Below, piece by piece: positions 1-10,714 of a DNA stretch of 64,000 nt. This DNA is from an uncultured bacterium. GTDB lineage: Bacteria > Auribacterota > Erginobacteria > Erginobacterales > Erginobacteraceae. The stretch lies in contig CAWGIE010000026.1 of the NCBI GenBank assembly GCA_963822585.1, positions 192,001 through 256,000 of the forward strand, written 5' to 3'. The notes beneath the pieces were generated by a model. That model saw nothing but the letters and a program-made list of their open reading frames with translations. It was not told the origin of the DNA and made no database searches. Made by a program: the position numbers and the translations under genes. How positions within the stretch are numbered: the first letter of the stretch is position 1; each line of letters begins with the position of its first letter.

Positions 1-333
1 AGTCACCGGCGCCGGAAAAAAATACGCCAACAGGCCAAAGGGTTCCGGGGGGGGAGAAGCAAACTGCATCGGACCGCGCGGGAAGCGGTCATGCGCTCCA
101 TGGCCCAAGCCTATCGAGGGCGCAAGCAGAAAAAGCGGGATTTCCGTGCTCTCTGGATAACCAGGATCCGGGCCGGGGTCAAACGGGAAGGGATTTCTTA
201 TTCGCGGTTTATGGGACTGCTCGGCAAGGCCGGGATATCGGTAAACCGCAAGATCATGTCCGAGCTGGCGATACATCACCCGGATGTTTTTTCCCGCCTG
301 GTTCAATCGGTACAAGAAACCGCCGTCTCATAG
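1..333 (+). CDS. rplT: 50S ribosomal protein L20 (5' end outside window)
   Basis: Frame 1 is open from base 1: RRKKIRQQAKGFRGGRS...AYRGRKQKKRDFRALWITRI...ISYSRFM, the L20 signature. It lies upstream of pheS as usual. Confidence 0.95.
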   Translation, partial: SHRRRKKIRQQAKGFRGGRSKLHRTAREAVMRSMAQAYRGRKQKKRDFRALWITRIRAGVKREGISYSRFMGLLGKAGISVNRKIMSELAIHHPDVFSRLVQSVQETAVS

Positions 334-468
334 TGATACGACTCCGCCGGTCAGGAAACACTTTCCGGGGAAAAGTACCGGCTTGTCCCCGGAACGGTGT
401 TTCCCGGCGCTTTATCCCGCCTCATTTCTGAAGACTTCACCGGAGTAACCCCGGCAAAGATTATAGGT

Positions 469-666
469 ATACCTTACTCGAAAAGGTATTTTGAAAATAT
501 TACCTGGAACAACAATGTGATTCACCACGAAGGACACGAAGAACACGAAGCTATTTTTGAGAAGAACAAGAGTTAGCTCATTTTTTTAAAAAATCTTCGT
601 GATCTTCGTGTTCTTCGTGGTTTTAATTTAGATATATTTTAAGGTCTACATTTTTCGAACAGGACT
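469..666. repeat. Inverted tandem-repeat element, family A (9-bp CACGAAG-xx unit), inside an outer imperfect inverted repeat
   Basis: ACCACGAAGGACACGAAGAACACGAAG (524-550) faces CTTCGTGATCTTCGTGTTCTTCGTGGT (595-621). Outer ends are ATACCTTACTCGAAAAG (469-485) and TTTTTCGAACAGGACT (651-666). Confidence 0.85.
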
Positions 667-715
667 TAGTCAGTCGAAGCCGTCTATCACTGCATTGTAA
701 GAGCGAAGGGAGTTC

Positions 716-1738
716 ATGGTGGAAAAAGATCTCCAGCAGGTTACTCGTGAGGCAACGGCCGCTCTGGAATCCGTCTCTGATGAGGAAGCTCTGGAAAACG
801 TCCGGGTCGCCTACCTGGGCCGAAAAGGCAAATTAACGGCCCTTACCCGCTCGATTGGAAAGATCCCCCCCGAAGATCGACCCCGGATGGGTGAGTTGCT
901 CAACCGGCTGAAAACAGATCTCCAGGATCGTTTCGACCGGGCCCGGGAAAATCTCCGGAAGAAAAAAAACGAGGAGGAGATCGGGAAAGAGGCGATCGAT
1001 GTCACCCTTCCCGGCGTTTCTTTCACGCGGGGGCGACGTCATCCGATCACCGTAATCCTGGATGAAGTGATAGATATATTTTCCGGCTTCGGCTTCAAGC
1101 TGGAAGAAGGCCCGGAGATAGAGACCGAGTATTATAATTTTGACGCGCTGAATATGCCCGCGGACCACCCGGCCCGGGATATGCAGGACACTCTCTATCT
1201 CCGCCCGGGCGTCGTCCTCAGGACTCACACGTCCCCGGTTCAGATCAGGACCATGGAAAAGCAGAAACCGCCTCTGCGTATGATCTGCGCCGGCAAGGCC
1301 TTCCGGGCCGACACGGCCGACGCCTCGCACTCTCCCATGTTCCACCAGCTGGAGGGGCTGATGGTGGATACCCGGGTGACACTGGCGGAATTGAAGGGTG
1401 TTTTAACCGCCTTTGCCCGGCAGCTGTTCGGGGAACAAACCCGTCTTCGCTTTCGGCCCAGTTTTTTCCCCTTTACCGAACCAAGCGCGGAGGTTGATAT
1501 CTCCTGCGTGGTCTGCAACGGGAAGGGGTGCCAGCTCTGTTCCCGACGGGGGTGGCTTGAAATTCTGGGCGCCGGCATGGTTGATCCGGAAGTTTTTAAA
1601 GCGGTTGGATATGATCCCGAAAAATACACCGGCTTTGCTTTCGGGATGGGTATCGAACGGATTGCCATGCTCAAGTACGGCATCAACGACATCCGGCTTT
1701 TTTTCGAGAACGACCTCCGATTCCTTCATCAATTTTAA
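716..1738 (+). CDS. pheS: Phenylalanine--tRNA ligase alpha subunit
   Basis: Motifs HPARDMQDT, LRTHTSPVQIR, FPFTEPSAE and GFAFGMGIERIAMLKYG. Confidence 0.98.
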   Translation: MVEKDLQQVTREATAALESVSDEEALENVRVAYLGRKGKLTALTRSIGKIPPEDRPRMGELLNRLKTDLQDRFDRARENLRKKKNEEEIGKEAIDVTLPGVSFTRGRRHPITVILDEVIDIFSGFGFKLEEGPEIETEYYNFDALNMPADHPARDMQDTLYLRPGVVLRTHTSPVQIRTMEKQKPPLRMICAGKAFRADTADASHSPMFHQLEGLMVDTRVTLAELKGVLTAFARQLFGEQTRLRFRPSFFPFTEPSAEVDISCVVCNGKGCQLCSRRGWLEILGAGMVDPEVFKAVGYDPEKYTGFAFGMGIERIAMLKYGINDIRLFFENDLRFLHQF

Positions 1739-1742
1739 TTTT

Positions 1743-1835
1743 GCTACCAAGGCACTAAGGCACCAAGAAACAATAAAAGGGTGTACAATGCTCACCTTAT
1801 TCATTTTTTTCTTGGTGTCTTGGTGACTTAGTGGC
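1743..1835. repeat. Inverted tandem-repeat element, family B (8-bp CACCAAGR-like unit)
   Basis: GCTACCAAGGCACTAAGGCACCAAGA faces TCTTGGTGTCTTGGTGACTTAGTGGC. Confidence 0.85.
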
Positions 1836-1898
1836 AAAAAAAGCAACTAAGATAACAATTTTAGATTTTGTTTTATGATAACCAGGAATTAGCGTTTT

Positions 1899-2000
1899 GG
1901 CGTGAATAGTTGGATTGAAACTAATCAGAATAACGCAAACAATCTTCTTCTATTGTAAGATAAAATAACTCACTAAATTAGCGCCGGAGGGGCTAATTTA
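1899..2000 (+). repeat. 102-bp dispersed repeat, copy 1, ending in a GGA-loop hairpin 2 nt before the pheT ATG
   Basis: Ungapped manual alignment with 14186-14287 gives 84/102 identical positions. Confidence 0.85.
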
Positions 2001-2002
2001 TT

Positions 2003-4402
2003 ATGAAAGTTACTTATAATTGGTTGCGGGAATTTGTCCCGATCGACCTTGACCCGGAAGAACTGGCCGAGCGGCTGACCCTTTCCGGAGCGGAAGTGGA
2101 ACGTGTCGAGAAGATCCGTCCCTCCTTCTCCGGCGTAGTGACCGGACGGATCATCTCCCGGGAGCCCGGCTCCGCTCGGCCGGAATGGAGCTGGTGTCGG
2201 GTTGATATCGGCTCAGGCGAGATAACCACTCTTTGCGCGGCGCCCAATGTGTCAGAGGGACTTATCACCGCCGTGGCCCTGCCGGGGGGGGAGCTGGCCG
2301 GGGGGACGCGGATTGACAAAAAGAAAGTCGATGGGCGTATTTCCGAGGCCGTTCTCTGCTCCGAAAAAGAACTGGGACTGGGGGAGAACGATCAGGGTAT
2401 TCTGGAACTCCCCGCGTCACTACGGCCCGGGGTTCCCCTGGCTGAGGCGCTGGAGTTGGATGATGCGATACTCGATATCGATGTCACCCCCAATCGCCCC
2501 GACCTTCTGAGCGTCAGGGGGGTCGCCCGGGACATCGCCGCCCTGACCGGGAGAGAGATGTCCGGGCGGGAAGTCTGTCTGCCGGAAATACCCCCGTCGA
2601 TCGGGGATGAAACCACGGTAGTCGTCAGGAATTATGATCTCTGCCCTCGATACTGCGCCCGTCTCATCCGGGGGGTCACCATCCGGGAGAGCCCGTTCCG
2701 GATCCACCGCCGGTTAACGCTCTGCGGTATCAAGCCGGTCAACAACGTTGTCGATGCCACCAACTATGCTCTCCTGGAACTGGGCCATCCCCTCCATGCG
2801 TTTGATCTTGATCGGCTGGCCGGCAGGAAGATCATTGTTCGCACCGCCGAGAAGGGGGAAAACATTGTCACCATCGACGGTGATACTCGCCCTCTGCTCC
2901 CTTCCATGCTGGTCATCGCCGACGCGGAGAAGCCGGTGGCGGTCGCCGGTGTCATGGGGGGACTCTTCTCCGAGATCGGCGATTCCACTACCACCGTATT
3001 GCTGGAGAGCGCGTACTTTTCTCCGATCGGCGTCCGCCGCACCGCCCGGATGCTGGGGATGAGTACGGAAGCCTCCCGAAGATTTGAACGGGGGGCTGAT
3101 CCCCGGATCGCCCCCGCTGCCCTGAACCGGACCGCCGGCCTGATCCTTGACCTGGCGGGGGGGGCCGTGGCGGAGGGAGTCATCGATAGGAAAAAGGATG
3201 ATTTTACACCCCGCGTCGTCTGTCTGCGCCCTTCGCGCGCGAACCAACTCCTTGGCTACACCCCGGACCCGGAAGTGATGAAGGAATCGCTCCTCCGCCT
3301 GGGGATGGAACTGCGGGACCAGGCGGAAGACCGGCTTGATTTTTCCGTTCCGACCTGGAGGCCCGATCTTCTCCGCGAAGTCGATCTGATCGAGGAGGTC
3401 GCCCGGATCGCCGGTTTCGATAAAGTGCCGGCGATCATGCCGGTGAGCCGGATAGCCTGCCGGGAAAAACCACGCGGGCAGGTCATCGCGGACCGGGTCA
3501 GGGAGATACTGTGCGGGGCGGGACTGGAAGAGGTGATCTCATATAGTTTCATGGGGCCGAAATCCCTGGACCGCCTCCTGCTGCCGCCCGGAGATCCGCT
3601 ACGCCGCGCGTGCGTTATTTCCAACCCGGTCAACAAGGAACAGGGTCTGCTGAGAACCACTCTCATCCCGGGGTTGCTCGAAATCGTGGGGAGAAACATG
3701 AATCAAAAAATCCCCCGGGTCAGTATCTTCGAACTGGGAAAAGTCTTCGGCAACGACGAGTCGCCGGCGGACGGTGAACGAATGCTGCTCTCGCTTCTCC
3801 TCTGGCGCCCCAGCGGGAAGGCCGACTGGTGCCGTCCCGATCCGGTGCTTGATTTCTATACTCTGAAAGGTTTATTGGAGCTGCTGGCCGGCCGCATGGG
3901 GACGGAGAGATTGACCTGTGTCCCGCAGGATCATCCCGTATTGCAACCCGGCCAAAGCGCCCGGGTGATGATCGGAGATGCGGGGATCGGCGTAGCCGGC
4001 AAGGTTGCCCCTGCGGTGCTCGATAACTATTCGATTGTTTCACCCGTTTATCTGGCCGAACTGGATATGAAACCATTCCGGGGGACGGAAGAAATCACCC
4101 CCCGCTTCCGGAGTCTGGCCCAGTATCCCGCGGCCCGACGGGACATGGCAATGATCGTTGACGAGTCGGTTCCCTACGGGGCGGTACGGGAGGCTATCGA
4201 GACTCACCGGCCGGCGCTGCTGGAGGAATATGATCTCTTCGATCTCTACCGGGGCGCCCCGATTCCGGAAGGGAAAAAAAGTTTTGCCTTCAGCTTGAAA
4301 TACCGGTCTCCCTATGATACTCTTTGTGAAGAAACAGTGAATCAGATCCACGGCGCGTTCCAGAAATCACTGGTAAATGCGCTCGATTGCAGTTTCAGGT
4401 AA
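2003..4402 (+). CDS. pheT: Phenylalanine--tRNA ligase beta subunit
   Basis: 799 aa with MKVTYNWLRE, DVTPNRPDLLS, VNNVVDATNY, RFERG, RPDLLREVDLIEEVAR and a C-terminal FDX-ACB domain. Follows pheS. Confidence 0.98.
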   Translation: MKVTYNWLREFVPIDLDPEELAERLTLSGAEVERVEKIRPSFSGVVTGRIISREPGSARPEWSWCRVDIGSGEITTLCAAPNVSEGLITAVALPGGELAGGTRIDKKKVDGRISEAVLCSEKELGLGENDQGILELPASLRPGVPLAEALELDDAILDIDVTPNRPDLLSVRGVARDIAALTGREMSGREVCLPEIPPSIGDETTVVVRNYDLCPRYCARLIRGVTIRESPFRIHRRLTLCGIKPVNNVVDATNYALLELGHPLHAFDLDRLAGRKIIVRTAEKGENIVTIDGDTRPLLPSMLVIADAEKPVAVAGVMGGLFSEIGDSTTTVLLESAYFSPIGVRRTARMLGMSTEASRRFERGADPRIAPAALNRTAGLILDLAGGAVAEGVIDRKKDDFTPRVVCLRPSRANQLLGYTPDPEVMKESLLRLGMELRDQAEDRLDFSVPTWRPDLLREVDLIEEVARIAGFDKVPAIMPVSRIACREKPRGQVIADRVREILCGAGLEEVISYSFMGPKSLDRLLLPPGDPLRRACVISNPVNKEQGLLRTTLIPGLLEIVGRNMNQKIPRVSIFELGKVFGNDESPADGERMLLSLLLWRPSGKADWCRPDPVLDFYTLKGLLELLAGRMGTERLTCVPQDHPVLQPGQSARVMIGDAGIGVAGKVAPAVLDNYSIVSPVYLAELDMKPFRGTEEITPRFRSLAQYPAARRDMAMIVDESVPYGAVREAIETHRPALLEEYDLFDLYRGAPIPEGKKSFAFSLKYRSPYDTLCEETVNQIHGAFQKSLVNALDCSFR

Positions 4403-4710
4403 ACGTCATATTTAACACTGCGACAGTCGGTTAGGCAGCGGTTATCCGTCGTTGATCGTAGCAGAAGACGGCGGTATAGCCGTGTAGAACGGCAACAACC
4501 GGGTATTTGCGAAATTTTCTCAGCACGATTATTTTGCTGATTTTTGATGTACAATTCCGCATTCAGGGTCACATAAGTGGGCACGAACAGGGATACAGCC
4601 AGAAAGCATTGTTGTAACATGATCGGATAATTCCCTCTTCCCGTCCCCGTGTCCGGCCCGCGGCCCGGAAGTCGCCTTGCCCAACCGCTGTTGTCGGGCA
4701 AGGTTTTTTT

Positions 4711-6033
4711 ATGGACCTTTTTCATGATGATGCCGCGGTCGCGGAGAACATGGAACATGCCCCGCTCGCTTACCGGATGCGGCCGCGTTCGCTCTCCGAG
4801 ATGGCCGGACAGGAAGAACTCCTGGGGGAAGGCAGGCTCCTCCGCCGGTTGATCGAGGAAGACCGGATACAGTCCGCGATTTTTTTCGGTCCTCCCGGAA
4901 GTGGCAAAACCAGTCTGGTACGGATTATCGGCGACACGACGAAATCCTTCTTTGCCACTCTGAGCGCGGTCACCTCGAATGTCGCCCGGGTCAAGGAGGT
5001 GATCGCCGGGGCAAAGAACCGCCGGGCCACGACCGGTACGCCAACCCTTCTTTTCGTGGATGAGTTCCACCGTTTCAACCGGGCCCAGCAGGAAGTTCTT
5101 CTGCCCCATATTGAAGACGGGACCATCTCCTTCATCGGTCTTACCACCAGCAACCCGTTCCATGCCATGGCCCCGGCGCTTCTTTCCCGTTCCCATCTTT
5201 TCCAATTCCGGGCCCTCAGCCCCGATACAGTCAGGCGTATCGTGGAACAGGCTCTCTCCGATCGGGATCGGGGACTGGGCAAGAACCCGGTAGCCATGAC
5301 GGAGGAGGCGATCACCTTTCTCATCCGCGTCGCCGAGGGAGACGCCCGCCGGGCCCTGAATACTCTGGAACTGACGGTGCTGACCGCCCGGGCTGATGAA
5401 TCGGGAAAGGAGACCATCACCCCGGCGGCCGTGGCGGAAGCCGCCCAGAAAAAACTCATTTCCTATGACCGGGAAGGTGATGAGCATTATGACACCATCT
5501 CGGCTTTCATTAAAAGTATCCGCGGAAGCGATCCGGACGCGGCTCTTTATTGGCTGGCCAAGATGATCCGGGGCGGTGAAGATCAGCGCTTTGTCGCCCG
5601 CCGGCTGGTCATCCTGGCTTCCGAGGACATCGGCAATGCCGATCCCGGCGCCCTCACCATGGCCATGAACGCCGCCCGGGCCGTTGAATACGTGGGAATG
5701 CCGGAAGGAGAACTGATCATGGCCCAGGCGACCGCCTACCTGGCGACCGCTCCCAAGAGTAACGCCTGTTACCGGGGGTTGCAAATGGCACTGCGGGATA
5801 TCGACACCAAGCAGGTGCAGCCGGTCCCGGCCCATCTGAAGAATGTTCCGCCCGGGAAGGGGGGTTCGGCGGAAGAAAAGAAACGCTATCTCTATCCTCA
5901 CGATTATCCCGGGGGATGGGTCGAACAGCCTTATCTGACAATCAAGAAGAAATACTATTGCCCGACCGACCGCGGCTATGAGGCCGTTATCCGAAAAAGG
6001 ATGAAGACTTTAAAATCCGATTCTTCGGTGTAA
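4711..6033 (+). CDS. rarA: Replication-associated recombination protein A (MgsA/RarA AAA+ ATPase)
   Basis: PLAYRMRP, GPPGSGKT, VDEFHRFNRAQQ, HYDTISAFIKSIRGSDPDAALYWLA, ASEDIGNADP. Confidence 0.95.
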   Translation: MDLFHDDAAVAENMEHAPLAYRMRPRSLSEMAGQEELLGEGRLLRRLIEEDRIQSAIFFGPPGSGKTSLVRIIGDTTKSFFATLSAVTSNVARVKEVIAGAKNRRATTGTPTLLFVDEFHRFNRAQQEVLLPHIEDGTISFIGLTTSNPFHAMAPALLSRSHLFQFRALSPDTVRRIVEQALSDRDRGLGKNPVAMTEEAITFLIRVAEGDARRALNTLELTVLTARADESGKETITPAAVAEAAQKKLISYDREGDEHYDTISAFIKSIRGSDPDAALYWLAKMIRGGEDQRFVARRLVILASEDIGNADPGALTMAMNAARAVEYVGMPEGELIMAQATAYLATAPKSNACYRGLQMALRDIDTKQVQPVPAHLKNVPPGKGGSAEEKKRYLYPHDYPGGWVEQPYLTIKKKYYCPTDRGYEAVIRKRMKTLKSDSSV

Positions 6034-6035
6034 AG

Positions 6036-6611
6036 ATGAAGCACAATATCAGATCGGAAATACTCCGGAAGAGAAATGCCCTGACCCGGGAGGAGATCCT
6101 GTCAAAAAGCCTGCTTATCGATGAAAGCCTCCGAAGGTGCCCGGATTACCGGGACGCGGAAACCGTCATGTTCTATGTATCCCGGGGCAGCGAAGTCCAT
6201 ACCGGCCGGATGATCAGCCGGGCGCTCCGGGAAGGACATCGGGTCGTCGTCCCCCTCACCCGGGTCGAGGAGAAAAATTTGCGGGCGATGCTCATTCAGG
6301 ATCCGGAGGAAGATCTTGCCCCCGGTTTCCGGGGCATCCCGGAGCCGATCCCCGGCCGGAGGCAAGAAGTGGCCCCGGAGGAACTGGACCTGATCGTCGT
6401 CCCCGGCGTTGCTTTTGACCCGGCCGGCAATCGTCTGGGCATGGGACAGGCATATTACGATGCTTTTCTGAAGAAGGTCCGCTCGGACGCTGCCAAGATC
6501 GCCCTGGCGTTCGAGTGTCAGGTGATTGATAACATCCCCACCGCTCACCATGACGTAGCGATGGATGCGGTTATCACGGAGGACCGTATCATCGATTGCC
6601 GTAGTATCTGA
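6036..6611 (+). CDS. 5-formyltetrahydrofolate cyclo-ligase
   Basis: DLIVVPGVAFDPAGNRLGMGQAYYD, HDVAMDAVITE. Typical position upstream of rny. Confidence 0.92.
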   Translation: MKHNIRSEILRKRNALTREEILSKSLLIDESLRRCPDYRDAETVMFYVSRGSEVHTGRMISRALREGHRVVVPLTRVEEKNLRAMLIQDPEEDLAPGFRGIPEPIPGRRQEVAPEELDLIVVPGVAFDPAGNRLGMGQAYYDAFLKKVRSDAAKIALAFECQVIDNIPTAHHDVAMDAVITEDRIIDCRSI

Positions 6612-6639
6612 TGTACCACTTCAGAATTAAAAATTATTA

Positions 6640-6721
6640 GCCACCAAGACACAAAGACACCAAGAAAGAGGAAAAAGTGTAAAAGATTCACCTTATTTGT
6701 TTTTCTTGGTGTCTTAGTGGC
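6640..6721. repeat. Inverted tandem-repeat element, family B
   Basis: GCCACCAAGACACAAAGACACCAAGA faces TCTTGGTGTCTTAGTGGC. The spacer (GTGTA..TCACCTTATT) is homologous to that of 1743-1835. Confidence 0.85.
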
Positions 6722-6802
6722 AAAAGTTGCGAGCGAAACGAGATAATTTATTTCCGAAGGAAAAAGAAATAAAAACAATAATCCGTAAATGAGGTGAATA
6801 TA

Positions 6803-8365
6803 ATGAATCCTGCCACGGGATACATAATCGCGGGGGTCTGCGGCGTGGTCGGCATTCTCCTGGGTTTCGGGGTCTATGCCTTCTGGGCGCGACGCCAGGT
6901 CGCGTCCGCCGTCCATCGCGCGAAAAAGATTATCGCTGAAACCGAACGGGAAGTGGCCGCCAAACGCAAGGAAGTGGCTCTTCAGGCGAAGGAAGAACTC
7001 TATCAAACCCGGGCCCAGTTTGAGAAGGAAACCCGGGAACAGAGGCTGGAACTGAAAAACATCGAAAAAAGGATTAACGCCCGGGAAGAAAACCTGGAAC
7101 GGAAGCTGAATTTCGTGGAACGCCGGGAGAGCAAGTCTCAGGAGAAAGAACGAAAATTCAAGGAACGGGAACAGAAATTCGACCAGAAAGAAGAGCAGCT
7201 GCGCGGGTTGATGGAAAAACAGCAAATCAAATTGCAGCAGATCTCCGGGTTGAGTCGAGATGAGGCGAAGAATATCCTTCTTTCGTCGCTTCGAGAAGAA
7301 GCGGAGCGGAGCGCGGCCCTGATGGCCCGTCAGATCGAGGCGGAAGCGCGGGATAAAGCCGAACAAGAGGCTCGGAAGATAATATCTCTGGCCATCCAGC
7401 GGTATGCCTCCGATCAGGTCTCCGAGATTGCCGTCTCTACTCTTCCCTTGCCGAATGATGAGATGAAAGGGAGGATTATCGGCCGTGAAGGGCGCAACAT
7501 CCGCGCGTTTCAGGCGGCGACCGGGGTTGACATCATCGTAGACGACACCCCGGAAGTGGTGGTTCTCTCCGGGTTCGACCCGGTCCGCCGCGAGATCGCC
7601 CGGGTTGCTTTGAAAAAGCTGATCAGCGACGGACGGATCCATCCGCCCCGGATTGAAGAAATTGTCAAAAAATCCGCCAAGGAGATAGAGCGGAGCATCC
7701 GGGAAGCCGGCGAACAGGCTGCTTTTGATGTGGGCATTCATGGCCTGAAACCGGAGCTGATCAAGATACTGGGAAGGCTCCGGTACCGGACCAGCTACGG
7801 GCAGAATGTTCTCGACCATTCCCGGGAAGTCGCGTTCGTAATGGGTATCATGGCCGCGGAACTGAAGCTGGATATTCAGACCGCCAAGAAGATCGGGCTT
7901 CTTCATGACATCGGCAAAGCGGTCGATCATGAAGTGGAGGGCCCCCACGCTCAGATCGGAGCCAACCTGGCGAAGAAATTCGGTCTTCCCCCCGTGGTGA
8001 TCCAGGCGATCGCCTCCCACCACGGTGAAGTGGAACCTCAGTCTGTTTTTGATGTCCTCGGCCAGGCCGGAGACGCCATCTCGGCCGCCCGTCCGGGGGC
8101 CCGTTCCGAGACCATGGAAGGATATATCAAGCGTTTGGAAAAACTCGAGGAGCTGGCCCTTTCATTTCACGGGGTGAAGAAAGCGTACGCTATCCAGGCC
8201 GGCCGGGAGGTCCGGGTCATGGTCGAACCGGATAAAGTGGGTGACAGCGAAACCGTTCATATCGCCCGGAACATCTGCAAAAGGATTGAAGAGGAGATGG
8301 ATTATCCCGGGCAGGTACGGGTAACCGTCCTCAGAGAGACCCGGGCGGTGGACTACGCGAAGTAG
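6803..8365 (+). CDS. rny: Ribonuclease Y
   Basis: N-terminal TM, coiled coil, KH domain ([15 protein letters not shown]), HD motif (LLHDIGKA). ATG chosen from the GAGGTG RBS at 6791. Confidence 0.97.
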   Translation: MNPATGYIIAGVCGVVGILLGFGVYAFWARRQVASAVHRAKKIIAETEREVAAKRKEVALQAKEELYQTRAQFEKETREQRLELKNIEKRINAREENLERKLNFVERRESKSQEKERKFKEREQKFDQKEEQLRGLMEKQQIKLQQISGLSRDEAKNILLSSLREEAERSAALMARQIEAEARDKAEQEARKIISLAIQRYASDQVSEIAVSTLPLPNDEMKGRIIGREGRNIRAFQAATGVDIIVDDTPEVVVLSGFDPVRREIARVALKKLISDGRIHPPRIEEIVKKSAKEIERSIREAGEQAAFDVGIHGLKPELIKILGRLRYRTSYGQNVLDHSREVAFVMGIMAAELKLDIQTAKKIGLLHDIGKAVDHEVEGPHAQIGANLAKKFGLPPVVIQAIASHHGEVEPQSVFDVLGQAGDAISAARPGARSETMEGYIKRLEKLEELALSFHGVKKAYAIQAGREVRVMVEPDKVGDSETVHIARNICKRIEEEMDYPGQVRVTVLRETRAVDYAK

Positions 8366-8430
8366 ACGGGGCAGACGGTCTCATCAGAAATACAGCACCC
8401 AGTAACTTTCAAGATACCGGGAAGAAGAAA

Positions 8431-8520
8431 TGGAGTGATGGGATAATGGAGTGTTGGAGTATTGGAGGGCCGGGAGCCGGCGGGTCCATCACTCCAACAT
8501 TCCAATACTCCATCACTCCA
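8431..8520. repeat. Inverted tandem-repeat element, family C (8-bp TGGAGTRW unit)
   Basis: TGGAGTGATGGGATAATGGAGTGTTGGAGTATTGGA faces TCCATCACTCCAACATTCCAATACTCCATCACTCCA. Confidence 0.85.
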
Positions 8521-8565
8521 TGTAGCCCGGTCATATGATATGGACAAATCCTGGATGAAGCTCCT

Positions 8566-9363
8566 ATGAACGATACAATGCGAGTTCTCTTCGTCGGGGA
8601 CGTGGTCGGCAAGCCGGGCAGAAAAGCCTTCGCCGAAGTATATCCTCGTATTCGGGAGAGGGAAGGAATCCGGTTCTGCGTGGTCAACGCCGAGAACGCG
8701 GCCGGCGGGAGCGGGGTGAATGGAAAGGCCCTTACCGCCCTGCTGGCGGCGGGGGCTGACGTTCTGACCATGGGAGATCATGTCTGGAGAAACAAAGAAA
8801 TCTTCACATTCATTTCCGGTGAGCCCCGGCTGCTGCGGCCGGCCAACTTCCCGTCCGGAACACCGGGGCGAGGCAGCGGCGTCTTTGTCACGCCGGAAGG
8901 AATCGCCATCGGTGTCATCAACCTCCTGGGCCGAGTTTTCATGAATCCGATCGACTGCCCTTTCCGGCAATGTGACCGGGAGATCGAGAGCCTTGCCGGA
9001 CGGACCGGGATCATTCTGGTCGATTTCCATGCCGAGGCCACCTCCGAGAAAATAGCCCTGGGGTATTATTGTAACGGCCGGGTAACCGCCCTGCTCGGCA
9101 CTCATACCCACGTTCCCACCGCCGATGAGAGGGTCCTCGACCGGGGAACGGCGTACATTACCGATGTCGGCATGACCGGAGGAGCGGAATCGATTCTGGG
9201 GCGAACTATCTCCCCCGTATTGAAGAATTTTACCACCCGTCTCCCGGCCCCTTTCACCGTTTCCGGGGAGAGGCCGGTTTTACAGGGAGCGATCGTGGAT
9301 ATCGATATTCCGACCGGGAAGGCGGTCGGGATTCGGAGGGTGTGGGAGGAAAGCCCTGTCTGA
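8566..9363 (+). CDS. YmdB-like (TIGR00282) metallophosphoesterase
   Basis: GDVVGKPGR, NAENAAGG, DFHAEATSEK, GTHTHV, YITDVGMTG. Follows rny. Confidence 0.93.
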   Translation: MNDTMRVLFVGDVVGKPGRKAFAEVYPRIREREGIRFCVVNAENAAGGSGVNGKALTALLAAGADVLTMGDHVWRNKEIFTFISGEPRLLRPANFPSGTPGRGSGVFVTPEGIAIGVINLLGRVFMNPIDCPFRQCDREIESLAGRTGIILVDFHAEATSEKIALGYYCNGRVTALLGTHTHVPTADERVLDRGTAYITDVGMTGGAESILGRTISPVLKNFTTRLPAPFTVSGERPVLQGAIVDIDIPTGKAVGIRRVWEESPV

Positions 9364-9368
9364 AAAAA

Positions 9369-9453
9369 GTAATCAGTGATCAGTAATCGGTAATCAGTAC
9401 CGGCGAAGAGGGCTTCCTGATCACCGATTACCGATCACCGATTACTGGTTACC
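9369..9453. repeat. Inverted tandem-repeat element, family D (7-bp GTAATCR unit)
   Basis: GTAATCAGTGATCAGTAATCGGTAATCAGTA faces CTGATCACCGATTACCGATCACCGATTACTGGTTACC. Confidence 0.85.
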
Positions 9454-9501
9454 GGTTGCTGAAAAACTCCCTGATTAGTTGTCTGCCAGGAGATTGGAAA
9501 A

Positions 9502-10710
9502 TTGGAAGCCGAGAACAAAGCCGTCTACACCGTCAGCGAGATTACCGGCCGGATAAAAAATCTCCTGGAGGGAGAGTTCTTCCGGATCGGGGTAGTGGGA
9601 GAGATCTCCAACCTCCGACGCCCTGCTTCCGGGCACCTGTATTTCACTTTGAAAGATTCCGGCAGTCAGCTCCCGGCGGTTCTCTTCCGGGAGGACGCCC
9701 GGAGGTCCCGCTTTGAAATCCAAGACGGCCTGGAAGTGACCGCGTGGGGAAGGTTGACCGTGTATCGCCCGAGAGGGGGGTATCAGCTGGTCATCTCCAA
9801 CCTGGAACCGCGCGGGGCCGGTGCGCTGCAGCTGGCACTGGAGGAGCTCAAGGCGAAACTGGCCCGGGAAGGCCTCTTTGACTCCCGGTGGAAAAAACCG
9901 CTGCCGGCGCTTCCTTCCCGGATCGGCGTCGTTACCTCGCCGACCGGGGCCGCCATCCGCGACATTATTCAGGTCATCCAACGCCGCTTCGGCACTGCCC
10001 GGGTTATCATCAACCCGGTTCCGGTCCAGGGTGAAGGCGCCGCTGGGGAAATTGCCCGGGCGATCGTTGAATTCAATCGCTGGAAGAATGTCGATGTCAT
10101 CATCGTCGGCCGCGGGGGAGGGAGCCTGGAAGACCTCTGGGCCTTCAACGAGGAGGTCGTCGTACGCGCTATCTTCGCCTCGGAAATCCCGGTCATCTCC
10201 GCGGTCGGCCATGAGATCGACTGGACGCTCTCCGATCTGGTTGCCGACCTCAGGGCTCCCACCCCCTCCGCCGCGGCGGAACTGGTGATCGCCCGCAAGA
10301 GTGATCTGCTCTCAGGAGTGGAAGGTCTTTGTCGTCGGCTGGAGCGGGCGATGGAATCCCTGCTGAACGTCCTCCGGGGACGGGTTGAACGGGCTCTCCG
10401 CAGCACGATTCTCCACGATCCCCGTCTTCTCCTCCGGCAGTCGCAGCAGCAGTTGGACGAACTGACCGCCCGGATGAACCGGGTGATCGAGAACCGTTTC
10501 CGGTTTGAACGCCAGGCGATTGATTCTCTCCGGAAACGCCTGGAAAACTTGAGCCCGCAGGCCGTTCTCTCCCGCGGGTACAGCTTTACCCGGCGATTGC
10601 AGGATGGTAGAATACTGACCTCGATCGCCGCGCTGAAGCCGGGGGAGGCGGTGGAGACCCGTCTCCGGGAGGGAAGTTTTATCTCTATCGTCCGGGAGAA
10701 GAGCGGGTAG
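9502..10710 (+). CDS. xseA: Exodeoxyribonuclease VII large subunit
   Basis: GEISN..SGHLYFTLKD, VTSPTGAAIRD, RGGGSLEDLWAFN, SAVGHEID, RAPTPSAAAE. TTG start with an AGGAG RBS. Confidence 0.96.
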   Translation: MEAENKAVYTVSEITGRIKNLLEGEFFRIGVVGEISNLRRPASGHLYFTLKDSGSQLPAVLFREDARRSRFEIQDGLEVTAWGRLTVYRPRGGYQLVISNLEPRGAGALQLALEELKAKLAREGLFDSRWKKPLPALPSRIGVVTSPTGAAIRDIIQVIQRRFGTARVIINPVPVQGEGAAGEIARAIVEFNRWKNVDVIIVGRGGGSLEDLWAFNEEVVVRAIFASEIPVISAVGHEIDWTLSDLVADLRAPTPSAAAELVIARKSDLLSGVEGLCRRLERAMESLLNVLRGRVERALRSTILHDPRLLLRQSQQQLDELTARMNRVIENRFRFERQAIDSLRKRLENLSPQAVLSRGYSFTRRLQDGRILTSIAALKPGEAVETRLREGSFISIVREKSG

Positions 10711-10714
10711 ACTG

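Noticed and set aside
345..410. Long hairpin between rplT and pheS as a T-box or pheM-type attenuator
   Set aside because: No T-box consensus, Phe-rich leader peptide or clear U-tract. It may be just a processing or termination stem.
4403..4710. 6S RNA or zapA, often found near pheT and the 5-FTHF cyclo-ligase gene
   Set aside because: No convincing long rod with a central bubble and no ZapA ORF. It cannot be supported without cmscan.
4342..8023. Long minus-strand ORFs (4342-5901, 6545-8023) and similar ones such as 27453-29411
   Set aside because: They are antisense shadows of well-supported plus-strand genes in GC-rich DNA and have no recognisable motifs.
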